Shown here: positions 38,619 through 47,306 of the stretch, piece after piece | Layout: the number at the start of each line of letters is the position of its first letter | Position numbering within the stretch: position 1 is the stretch's first letter | Source: a virus | Taxonomy: Duplodnaviria; Caudoviricetes | Reading direction: 5' to 3' (one strand) | IMG/VR virus record: IMGVR_UViG_3300022935_000018 | Location: 1 to 59,527 of that record | Length of the DNA: 59,527 bases | Program-made: the position numbers and the translations under genes | The notes under the pieces: generated by a model | What the model saw: the letters and a program-made list of their open reading frames with translations, nothing else | The model's database searches: none | What the model was told of the DNA's origin: nothing

Positions 38619-39341
38619 ATGTCAACTTTAAGAGATTTTTTATTCGGATACGACGACCCTAAAGCAATTCCTACTGAATTTGCTGTATACAATACAAGTA
38701 CTACTTCTCCAAATAATGGTGGTAGATGTTGTTTGTGGACAGTTCCAGCAGGTATAGCATACGCAGTATTTGAAATTTGGGGCGGCGGCGCCGCTGGCGA
38801 TGGCGGATGTTGTTGCCAAATGGGATATCCATCAACTGGTGGATCCTATGGACAAAAAGCATTAGACGTTACACCAGGTGAGCAATTTACAATTTGTGCG
38901 GCTGGTTCAACGTGTTGTAGACAAAAAGGAAACTGTCAACTAGGTTACGACTCATACGTTTGTAAAAGCGGAAACTGGTGTGCTAGAGCGTGTGGCGGAC
39001 GAGTTATGCGTACAGAATGTTTTATGTACAGAACTTGTTATTCATGTTGTAGAATGAGATATTGTGTTCACGGACACAGTGGTATGGACTTTGGTATTGG
39101 TTCAACTAACTCAACTGCACAATTAAGTCAATACTGTCACGATAGAGGTAACATGATGATTGCTGACTCTTACGGACGTGGCGGGTTTAGAAACGGACCA
39201 AACGGCTGTTGCGAATGGGGCGGATCACAAGGATTTGGTTTATTCCCAGGCGGTGGCGGTATGTCAGCACAAGCATACGGTGAAGTATGTTGTTGTGGAT
39301 CACCAGGTGCTGGCGGATTAGTATATGTAGTTTACTACTAA
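38619..39341 (+). CDS. Cys/Gly-rich adhesin-like tail protein 3
   Basis: Paralog with the same blocks; 23 Cys. Confidence 0.6.
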   Translation: MSTLRDFLFGYDDPKAIPTEFAVYNTSTTSPNNGGRCCLWTVPAGIAYAVFEIWGGGAAGDGGCCCQMGYPSTGGSYGQKALDVTPGEQFTICAAGSTCCRQKGNCQLGYDSYVCKSGNWCARACGGRVMRTECFMYRTCYSCCRMRYCVHGHSGMDFGIGSTNSTAQLSQYCHDRGNMMIADSYGRGGFRNGPNGCCEWGGSQGFGLFPGGGGMSAQAYGEVCCCGSPGAGGLVYVVYY

Positions 39342-39351
39342 GAGGAAAACG

Positions 39352-40314
39352 ATGACAATTATTAGAAAACAATTTAACTATCCTAAGCCCGACGAATATT
39401 TGGGTCAGTTTGATAATAATCAATTGATGGGAAGTCATGTTTATGAAGGCCCAGAAACTATGTGGGTATTTGTAGATAATGCCACAAATAAAATTGCACC
39501 TATGGCACATATGGACGAAGAAGAAGGCATGGAGTTTACTCCTCCAACAGGAGTAAGAAAAGTTTTTGTTGACTGTAATGAAAATCCAATTATTTGTTCG
39601 CTTATGGAATGCGATTGCGATGACGAAGAACACGAACTAGTTTCAGAAGAATTACCAAACGGTGTAACATACTTAACATACAAGGATCCACCACCAGATC
39701 ATACTTACGAAAAGTTTGATATTGAATGTAACTCAAACAACGAGTGGGTAAAAGTACCAAGTTCAAGTAAAGGTGGACAACCGCATTATCCTTGGAAACA
39801 ACCACACGTTAAATGGCCACATTTACGTAGACATAGAACTTCACTATTAGGTTGGAGCGACGATAAAACAAATCCAGATATGCCAGCAAGTCTACAAACA
39901 GCATGGGCAGAATATCGTCAAGCACTAAGAGATATGCCAGTATCATACGGTGACAGTTTTGATGTTGAAATTACTACTGCTGGTACAGGTTATGAAGTTG
40001 GTGACAAAATTAAATTTGCAAACGCAGATTTAGAAGAATGGATTGTTGCTGATGAATTAGTTGCTACTGTAAAAACAGTTGGTACTAGTGGTGAAATTAC
40101 AGCATTAACACTAAGTGGTAACCAAGCAATTAATGACGGTCAAGACATTGTTGTAGGTAGAGAAGCAAAAGAATTTGCTAATCCTACATACACATATGAA
40201 GCAGTTGCAGACGGCGCAAACGCTGGTGCAGATGCTACATTTAGAGTACATAAGTGTCAACGTTATGCGGCTTGGAAGGTAGACGTTCCACGTTCACCTT
40301 GCGGTACTGCGTAA
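39352..40314 (+). CDS. Tail fibre assembly chaperone-like protein 2 with extra C-terminal beta domain
   Basis: YEGP..WVF, DHTYE, WKQP, YRQALRDMP shared with 37148. Confidence 0.7.
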   Translation: MTIIRKQFNYPKPDEYLGQFDNNQLMGSHVYEGPETMWVFVDNATNKIAPMAHMDEEEGMEFTPPTGVRKVFVDCNENPIICSLMECDCDDEEHELVSEELPNGVTYLTYKDPPPDHTYEKFDIECNSNNEWVKVPSSSKGGQPHYPWKQPHVKWPHLRRHRTSLLGWSDDKTNPDMPASLQTAWAEYRQALRDMPVSYGDSFDVEITTAGTGYEVGDKIKFANADLEEWIVADELVATVKTVGTSGEITALTLSGNQAINDGQDIVVGREAKEFANPTYTYEAVADGANAGADATFRVHKCQRYAAWKVDVPRSPCGTA

Positions 40315-40347
40315 TCCAAATCTAAACTATCTAAGCACCCCCAAACT

Positions 40348-40353
40348 TAAATA
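40348..40353 (+). promoter_or_regulatory. Late promoter TAAATA, 5 nt before ATG 40359, inside a long hairpin
   Basis: ctTAAATAattgcATG, no SD. Confidence 0.6.
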
Positions 40354-40358
40354 ATTGC

Positions 40359-41192
40359 ATGAGCAATAAAGTTAGGTTTGCGGGTGCTCAAATCCCCGTA
40401 ACACAAAGTCTAGAAGAAAATAAGAAAAGCATTTTAAAGGCTATTGACTGGGCCGCAGAGAATAACTGCGACTGGCTTCTTACACCAGAAGGATCACTAA
40501 CTGGTTACTTTCCTAGTTTTGATTTAGAATTAACTAATGGTCAAACAGACATCTCCAAAGCAACGTTTGAAGTAGTAAGTTATGCTAACAAAAAAGGTAT
40601 GGGTATTGCTCTTGGTACTTTATGGGTTGATGTTGAACATCGAGGAATGATTAGACGCAATCAAATAAGATACTACGATAAACAAGGACAACTGTTAGGT
40701 ACAACAAATAAACAGTATATTGTAGGTGGTGAAGACTCGCCACACCATAGTTGGGATCAAGTTTTAGCAGATCCTCCAGGTACAACAAAAACACACTATT
40801 TAGACGGTGTAAGAACTTGCGGAATGATTTGTAATGATTTTTGGGGAAATGGTTTTAGATTTAATGCCCCGAGTTTACCATTATTGGCAAGTATTCATCA
40901 AGTAGAAGTTATATTACATAGTACTAATGGTGACAGAGGAAATGATGCCGACGAACTATGGATGGAATGGCATGATATACATCTAAGAATGATGAGTCAT
41001 ACATATGGTATTCCTATTATTACTGTAGATAGTTGCTGTGATAAATTTGGTAACAATAGAGAACTACCTACAAGCAGTCCTAGCGGAGTTTTATTAAACG
41101 GTAAGTGGGCCGTACAAGTTCCACGTACAGGACAACAGCATTTCTATTGGGACTATGTCAGACCTACGCCTAATGAAATGCCACACGAATAA
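40359..41192 (+). CDS. Nitrilase / carbon-nitrogen hydrolase family protein
   Basis: E-K-C triad contexts LLTPEGSLTGY, TNKQY, GMICNDFW. Confidence 0.85.
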   Translation: MSNKVRFAGAQIPVTQSLEENKKSILKAIDWAAENNCDWLLTPEGSLTGYFPSFDLELTNGQTDISKATFEVVSYANKKGMGIALGTLWVDVEHRGMIRRNQIRYYDKQGQLLGTTNKQYIVGGEDSPHHSWDQVLADPPGTTKTHYLDGVRTCGMICNDFWGNGFRFNAPSLPLLASIHQVEVILHSTNGDRGNDADELWMEWHDIHLRMMSHTYGIPIITVDSCCDKFGNNRELPTSSPSGVLLNGKWAVQVPRTGQQHFYWDYVRPTPNEMPHE

Positions 41193-41218
41193 GTATTTGA
41201 AACAAAGGAATATAATAA

Positions 41219-42184
41219 ATGTCTAAAAGAAACACAGCCTTTTTTATTAACGGTGGAGCAGGAAGAGTTATTTCAAGTATTCCTGCGTTAGAACTATTTG
41301 CAGAAGAAAATCCAGATAACGATTTTATTTTAGTATGTGAAGGAGGTACAGAGTTTTACAAAGGACATCCTGTACTACACAAAAAAGCATACGATGTATG
41401 GCACAAAAACTTGTTTGAAGACAAGTTAAAAGATATGGAATTAGTAACTCCAGAGCCATATCGTATTTGGGAATATTATAATCAAAAAGGTAGTCTAGCA
41501 CAGTGTTATGATATTGAAATTAATGGCAAGGGACTAAGAGAACTACCACGTCCAACCCTTAAATTAAATTCACAAGAAATGATGACTGGACAAAAACTTG
41601 TTACCGAAGTTAAAGAAAAAACTAAAAAAGACAAAGTAATTGTATTCCAACCATTTGGTAGAGGAACTATCCACGAAAATGGAATGATCATTGATCCAAG
41701 TGGTAGAAGTTTTGAACCTGATAATGTTGTAAACATTGTAAACAAATTAAGTAAAAAGTACGGTGTAATCTTTATGAGTGAGATTGCTATCGAGTTTAAC
41801 AAACATGGTGTAGAAGAACCTATTGCTATTCCTCAGAATATTGAATTACGTTACTGGTCTGGTATTATTAATGCCGCAGATCACTTTTTAGGTTGTGATA
41901 GTGTAGGACAGCACATTGTACACGCATTAGATAAAACAGCAACAGTTGTTGTAGGTTCTACATTTAAAGAAAATATTTCTTATCCAGAAAACGAAAAGTT
42001 TGACATTCTTGATATGGGCGAAGGCGCTAGGGTATATTCACCGATTAGAATTACTATAGACGAATGGTCAGACAGAACTAACGAAGGTATCATGCATATG
42101 AATGATAAAATTGAAGATATCGTTGTTGAGTCTGTTGACAAAATGATTAAGAATGGCAAACGTGACAAAGCAAAAAAAGAGTAG
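41219..42184 (+). CDS. GT-B glycosyltransferase, GT9 (heptosyltransferase)-like
   Basis: GGAGRVI...PAL N-terminus; IINAADHFLGCDSVGQHIVHAL...VVVGST resembles the GT9 'F.G.DSG..H.A.A' signature. Confidence 0.65.
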   Translation: MSKRNTAFFINGGAGRVISSIPALELFAEENPDNDFILVCEGGTEFYKGHPVLHKKAYDVWHKNLFEDKLKDMELVTPEPYRIWEYYNQKGSLAQCYDIEINGKGLRELPRPTLKLNSQEMMTGQKLVTEVKEKTKKDKVIVFQPFGRGTIHENGMIIDPSGRSFEPDNVVNIVNKLSKKYGVIFMSEIAIEFNKHGVEEPIAIPQNIELRYWSGIINAADHFLGCDSVGQHIVHALDKTATVVVGSTFKENISYPENEKFDILDMGEGARVYSPIRITIDEWSDRTNEGIMHMNDKIEDIVVESVDKMIKNGKRDKAKKE

Positions 42185-43046
42185 ACTCTTTACATTTGGA
42201 TGTAGTTTTACAATGTATGCGTGGCCCACGTATGCAGATTTCCTAGCACACAATTTTGATCATTATGAAAATTGGGCGTATCCTGGTTTAGGCAATCGTG
42301 CGATTGCAGAACGTATTGCAGAGTGTCATACAAAAAATATTTTTACAGAAAATGACACTGTGATTGTACAATGGAGTACACACATTAGGAATGATTATCA
42401 TACATTTGTTCCGATGCAATTTGATCCTAATAGTTTTTTACACGTATGGTTTAGAAAAAACAATAACATAGGTTGGAAAACACAAGGCAGTATTTTTAAT
42501 CCTAATAATAGACAGTTTGTATATGACGATAAATGGGTACAAACATTTTGGGACGAACAAAGTTACCTAATGTACAGTCTAAACGATATGTTACTTACAC
42601 AAGGACTATTAGAAAGCACAGGTTGTATTTGGCGTATGACTAGTATTGGAGACTTTAGTAAGATGTGTACAGACATTCCTAATGCTACAGACGAAAATAT
42701 TTCAGATCAAGATAACATTTATAATAATGAAAACTTTAAAATTTACAAAGATGTACTTGAACACAAAAACTTTTTAGAACCAATTGGAACTTTTAGTTGG
42801 AAAGATCCTAGTAAAAGTTATGAGTTTGTTAGTCAGCAAGGTCCTTGGCTAGAAGTACACCCTAGTCACACACAACACTTAGATTATGTTAAGGAAGTAC
42901 TAGCACCTAGTTTAAATTTAGAAGTTAGTAACGAAGCACTAGAGTGTAGTAGTAAAATTGATAGTATAACTGAACGTGATTTTATTTTATTTGAAGAAGA
43001 AGTTGTAAACAAAACAAAACACACTCCTGTGTATAGGGGATTTTAA
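42153..43046 (+). CDS. SGNH-like fold hypothetical protein (FGCSFT family), copy 1
   Basis: FGCSFT, N.A.PG.GN..IA, VIVQWS...R, late HPS. Confidence 0.55.
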   Translation: MANVTKQKKSRLFTFGCSFTMYAWPTYADFLAHNFDHYENWAYPGLGNRAIAERIAECHTKNIFTENDTVIVQWSTHIRNDYHTFVPMQFDPNSFLHVWFRKNNNIGWKTQGSIFNPNNRQFVYDDKWVQTFWDEQSYLMYSLNDMLLTQGLLESTGCIWRMTSIGDFSKMCTDIPNATDENISDQDNIYNNENFKIYKDVLEHKNFLEPIGTFSWKDPSKSYEFVSQQGPWLEVHPSHTQHLDYVKEVLAPSLNLEVSNEALECSSKIDSITERDFILFEEEVVNKTKHTPVYRGF

Positions 43047-43942
43047 TGAAACGTTTGTTTGCCTTTGGATGTAGTTTTACAATGTATGCGTGGCCTACGT
43101 ATGCAGATTTTCTTGGATACGAATTTGACCATTATGAAAATTGGGGATTTCCGGGTTTAGGAAATAGAGCAATAGCACAACGAGTAGCAGAATGTCATGC
43201 TAAAAATAAATTTACAAAAGACGATGTTGTAATTGTACAATGGAGTACACATACACGTAACGACTGGCATACATTTAGAAGTGCAAATTTTGAAAAAGGT
43301 AGAGGCGATCCTATTAGAAATACTGATGAAATAGGTTGGAAAACTAAAGGCAGTATTTTTAATTACATGAATAGAGAAATATGTTATAACGATCATTGGA
43401 TTAATACTTTTTGGAATGAAGAAAGTTATTTTATGCACGGCATGAATAGCATTGCACTAGTACAAGGACTGCTAGAAAGCACAGGCTGTACTTGGCGTAT
43501 GACTAGTATTGGAGAAATGAACAAGTTAGGTACTGATATGCCTGATGCTCCAGAGTTTGGCGAAAAGACACAAGAAACAGCAGATGTATTTGTTGACAAT
43601 GAGCAGTTAAAAGTGTATAATAAATTGTTTAGTCATAAAAACTTTTTAGAACCTTTAGGATTATTTGCTTGGAAATTACCAGAAAAAACTTATAAATTTT
43701 GGGATCCAAAAAATAATGATTACTGGACAGAAATGCACCCAAGTCACTGGCAACATTGGGAGTATTTAAACACTGTACTAAAGCCAAGTTTGGGTCTTAA
43801 TACAGAAAATAACGATAAACAATTACGTACAATGAAAAAATTAGATCAATTAAAAGAAGCAAATAGAGATCTTGTTAGTTTTGAAGAAGGTATTTTATCA
43901 AACATTGTCGAATATAAACACATTGGATATGTAGGATTTTAA
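43046..43942 (+). CDS. SGNH-like fold hypothetical protein (FGCSFT family), copy 2
   Basis: Tandem paralog of 42153. Confidence 0.55.
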   Translation: MKRLFAFGCSFTMYAWPTYADFLGYEFDHYENWGFPGLGNRAIAQRVAECHAKNKFTKDDVVIVQWSTHTRNDWHTFRSANFEKGRGDPIRNTDEIGWKTKGSIFNYMNREICYNDHWINTFWNEESYFMHGMNSIALVQGLLESTGCTWRMTSIGEMNKLGTDMPDAPEFGEKTQETADVFVDNEQLKVYNKLFSHKNFLEPLGLFAWKLPEKTYKFWDPKNNDYWTEMHPSHWQHWEYLNTVLKPSLGLNTENNDKQLRTMKKLDQLKEANRDLVSFEEGILSNIVEYKHIGYVGF

Positions 43943-43943
43943 A

Positions 43944-45758
43944 ATGAAGAAACCAGATTTATGGATCGCCGCTATTGCAAGAGGACACAACGCAGGTGTT
44001 TGTCTTTTAAAAAATGGCGAAGTAGTATTTTCAATTGAAGAAGAAAGATTAAGTCGTCACAAATACGATGGCGGACCATTGGCTTCTATGATTAAAATTT
44101 TAGAGTATACAGATAAGTTAGATTATCTAGTTGTAGCACATACACAAAGTTTAGAACATACAGCAGGTAAAATTGATTTTACAGGCGACGATATGTATAC
44201 AGGTTTAGCACGTAAACTTGGTTTAATTAGCAGAGACCCTAAACTATTACCTAAGCATCCTCAGGTAATTGATGCAAGTCGTTATCATCATCAATGTCAT
44301 GCGGCACTTGCATTTTATAATTCAGGATTCAAAGATGCTGTTGCTGTTATTGTCGACGGAGCCGGCACTTTTTTTGATGCACATCTAGAAGGTGAACACA
44401 ACCCTCCGACAACATTATGGGAAACAGAAAGTTTTTATAATTGTTCTTATCCTCATACCTTTGATCTGTTATATAAACATTTAGGAACAAGAGGTCCTTT
44501 GGTTGGTGCTGAGTTTGCTGACTTTGATGGCGGATTCTTTGGTCAAAAAAGTTCTATTCCTAAAGTAGTAATTTCAGAAACTGCTGGTATTGTTAAGACA
44601 TACGAAGCAGTAACAGACTACTGCGGATTTAGTTTTATCGAGGCAGGAAAGACTATGGGACTATTTCCATATGGTGAAGAAAACAACGAAAACATTCCGC
44701 AACTTTTTACAAGTAACCAAACAAGTGCATTGTCAAATAGAAATGTAATTATTCCAACATATCCTAATGGCGCATATGTTAATAGAAACTACTTTGAAAC
44801 GCTTCGTGATAGACAAGGTCAAGAAGAAGATGTAACACTTCTTAAAAATAGAAGAGATATGGCGTATGCTGTACAAACTCAAACACAAAAACAAGTTGCT
44901 AACTTAATTCGTGAAGCAGTTAAAATGTCTGGCAATAAAAATGTTGTTATTTCCGGAGGATACGGATTAAATTGTGTTGCAAATTACTATTACTTAAAAG
45001 AATTAGAAGATGAAGGTCTCAACATTTACGTAGAACCTGTTTCAAATGATGCAGGTACAGCAATGGGTGCGGCACTGATGCAACATAGAATGGTAACACA
45101 AGATACAACAGTACCTTCACAAAAAGAAACATTGTATAACGGACCTGCATATTGTTATTCGGATACAGAAATCCATAATATTGCAGAACAGTATGATGCT
45201 GTAGTGTCAGATGCTACACACGACAATGTTGTAGACTTAATTTCTAATAGAAATATTGTTGCTATTTTCCAAGGTCGAAGCGAAAACGGTCCTAGAGCAT
45301 TAGGTAACAGAAGTTTCTTATACGATCCAACAGATCCGAATGGTAAAGATCACGTTAACAAAGTCAAACGTAGAGAATATTTTCGTCCATTTGCAGGTAG
45401 TATCTTAGAAGAAGATGTACATGAGTGGTTTGATCTACGTGGCATGAAGTCATCACCTACAATGATGTATGCTGTAAACTGTCAGCCAGGTATTGAAGAA
45501 AAGATTCCTGCTATTATTCACGTAGACGGAACCTGCAGAATCCAGACTGTTAACGAAAAACAGAACCCACATTACTATAATCTAATCAAAGCATTTAAGG
45601 AAAAAACAGGTATTCCTATGGTGTTTAATACTAGTTTTAATTTAGGCGGAGACCCATTGGTAGAAACACTAGATCATGCTGTTGCGACCCTTGCTAAAAG
45701 TGACGTAGAATACCTATATTTGCCAGAATATAACAAGTTAATTACAGTTAAAAATTAA
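43944..45758 (+). CDS. O-carbamoyltransferase, NodU/CmcH/TobZ family
   Basis: EEERLSR.K, HH.CHAA.AF, VDGAG, GKTMGL.PYG, GG..LNCVAN, NDAGTAMGAA, E.GPRALGNRS, FRPFA, HVDGT.RIQTV, NTSFN. Confidence 0.95.
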   Translation: MKKPDLWIAAIARGHNAGVCLLKNGEVVFSIEEERLSRHKYDGGPLASMIKILEYTDKLDYLVVAHTQSLEHTAGKIDFTGDDMYTGLARKLGLISRDPKLLPKHPQVIDASRYHHQCHAALAFYNSGFKDAVAVIVDGAGTFFDAHLEGEHNPPTTLWETESFYNCSYPHTFDLLYKHLGTRGPLVGAEFADFDGGFFGQKSSIPKVVISETAGIVKTYEAVTDYCGFSFIEAGKTMGLFPYGEENNENIPQLFTSNQTSALSNRNVIIPTYPNGAYVNRNYFETLRDRQGQEEDVTLLKNRRDMAYAVQTQTQKQVANLIREAVKMSGNKNVVISGGYGLNCVANYYYLKELEDEGLNIYVEPVSNDAGTAMGAALMQHRMVTQDTTVPSQKETLYNGPAYCYSDTEIHNIAEQYDAVVSDATHDNVVDLISNRNIVAIFQGRSENGPRALGNRSFLYDPTDPNGKDHVNKVKRREYFRPFAGSILEEDVHEWFDLRGMKSSPTMMYAVNCQPGIEEKIPAIIHVDGTCRIQTVNEKQNPHYYNLIKAFKEKTGIPMVFNTSFNLGGDPLVETLDHAVATLAKSDVEYLYLPEYNKLITVKN

Positions 45759-45772
45759 ATCCTCTTAGGCGA

Positions 45773-45778
45773 TAAATA
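45773..45778 (+). promoter_or_regulatory. Late promoter TAAATA in the loop of an SD-sequestering inverted repeat
   Basis: tcctctt-aggcgaTAAATActaca-aagagga. Confidence 0.65.
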
Positions 45779-45795
45779 CTACAAAGAGGACTGAA

Positions 45796-46215
45796 ATGTT
45801 TGATATAAGAAAATTTTTTGGCAAAGGTTTAAAGAATACAGTATTATTAAAGAACGGCACTAATTTCAGTTACCACGGACCATGGAAGAAAATTACTGAA
45901 GATACAGTATTAGATCGATGGTTAGTTGGTGATTTTTGTGCCGCTGAATATACTATTGTAGCAGATCTGTCCACCTTCCAAAAAGAAATTATCAAGTGTC
46001 TAGTAGTTGCCGGGCCTAGTACTGCTGAATTAGTGGTATACGGTAGATCAAATCTTGGAAATCAAATTATAGATTTATCAGTAAATGTTAATGATAGTTA
46101 TGTTAACGTTATCTGTAATGCAAAACCATTAGATGATTCTGCTCCAGGACGCGGCGCTAAAGTTGTTTTTAGTGCAAACTACTTCCAAACACAAAACGTT
46201 TTAGTGCCGGCATAA
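45796..46215 (+). CDS. Probable virion structural protein
   Basis: 139 aa, beta-rich, late promoter and SD. Confidence 0.55.
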   Translation: MFDIRKFFGKGLKNTVLLKNGTNFSYHGPWKKITEDTVLDRWLVGDFCAAEYTIVADLSTFQKEIIKCLVVAGPSTAELVVYGRSNLGNQIIDLSVNVNDSYVNVICNAKPLDDSAPGRGAKVVFSANYFQTQNVLVPA

Positions 46216-46223
46216 AATTGTGA

Positions 46224-46229
46224 TAAATA
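46224..46229 (+). promoter_or_regulatory. Late promoter TAAATA
   Basis: Intergenic, upstream of GGAG SD and ATG 46251. Confidence 0.6.
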
Positions 46230-46250
46230 TGCATAACTGGAGCAACATTA

Positions 46251-47300
46251 ATGGCTGTAACTTATAATCCTTTTGAGTCAGAATACGGGTTTAAAAGTCC
46301 GGGATTCATTGTCGACGACGAAGGCAACGTAACTGTAAAAAGTTTAACTTACCTTGTTACAGAAGAAGAAGTAGTTGCAGATCGACTTTACTTTAATCAA
46401 GAAGGTACAGGCAGTTCGTCTTATTTTACACAAGACGGTGTACTAACACCTGGCTCAGATGTATTAGCACCAAATCCAACACTGTCGTTTACTAGAGGTG
46501 ATACGTACAGTTTTAATCTAAACAATTTTGGATACTTAACTTGGAATATTTGGCAAGAAGATCCAAACGGAAATTCGCAAACTACAATTACTGTAGGCTC
46601 AGAAACTATTCCAGTAATTTTATATAACGAAGGTATTACTTATAAAATATCAGATGACGATACACAAGTACTAGGTGGATTGTCTGCACAAGGTAAAAAT
46701 ACAGGAGTATTTTTCTTTGAAGTTCCACCATTAGCACCAGATAGATTGTATTATGGTAATGGTACTGGTGCTCCATACGGTATTATTAATACAGCAGATC
46801 CAACTATTACTGGTGTAGGTAGTTTTAGTTCCTTAAATGTTATCGGCGATGCAACCTTTAGAGGCCAAGATGCAGAAATTACTATTGCCCCACAAGGAGC
46901 ATATGGAACTGTAACTATTAATCCGCAAGGTGCTGGAACAATTAATAATATGTATGCTAGTGTTTTAACATTAACAGCAACAGAAACAGTTAATTTAAGT
47001 CCGGTAAATCAAAATGTTACTATTAGTCCTAGCGGTTCGGGGAAACTAGTATTATCATCAGGTGTAGAAGGGACTATGGAAAATATTGCTATTGGCCAAA
47101 CGTCACCACAGGATGCCTCGTTCAAGGCTCTAAATGCCGAGAATGGGTTAAATAATACAGTTATTGGGAACGTTGTTCCTCAAGCGGCAACATTTACACA
47201 AGTAACAGGAAAGAATGCACCAGTGAGCGGAAAACACTTAACAAACAAACAGTATGTAGACAATACAGTAGCCGCATTGGCTATTGCATTAGGAGTATAA
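46251..47300 (+). CDS. Virion fibre-type protein with degenerate cupredoxin-like domain
   Basis: L.F.RG.TY.F...F.VP..AP..LYY module lacking Cu ligands; LTNKQYVD; AIALG C-terminus. Confidence 0.6.
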   Translation: MAVTYNPFESEYGFKSPGFIVDDEGNVTVKSLTYLVTEEEVVADRLYFNQEGTGSSSYFTQDGVLTPGSDVLAPNPTLSFTRGDTYSFNLNNFGYLTWNIWQEDPNGNSQTTITVGSETIPVILYNEGITYKISDDDTQVLGGLSAQGKNTGVFFFEVPPLAPDRLYYGNGTGAPYGIINTADPTITGVGSFSSLNVIGDATFRGQDAEITIAPQGAYGTVTINPQGAGTINNMYASVLTLTATETVNLSPVNQNVTISPSGSGKLVLSSGVEGTMENIAIGQTSPQDASFKALNAENGLNNTVIGNVVPQAATFTQVTGKNAPVSGKHLTNKQYVDNTVAALAIALGV

Positions 47301-47306
47301 AGGCAG

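Noticed and set aside
36395-39341. Diversity-generating retroelement or invertible cassette acting on the adhesins
   Set aside because: No reverse transcriptase or invertase, no template/variable repeat pair, all genes on one strand
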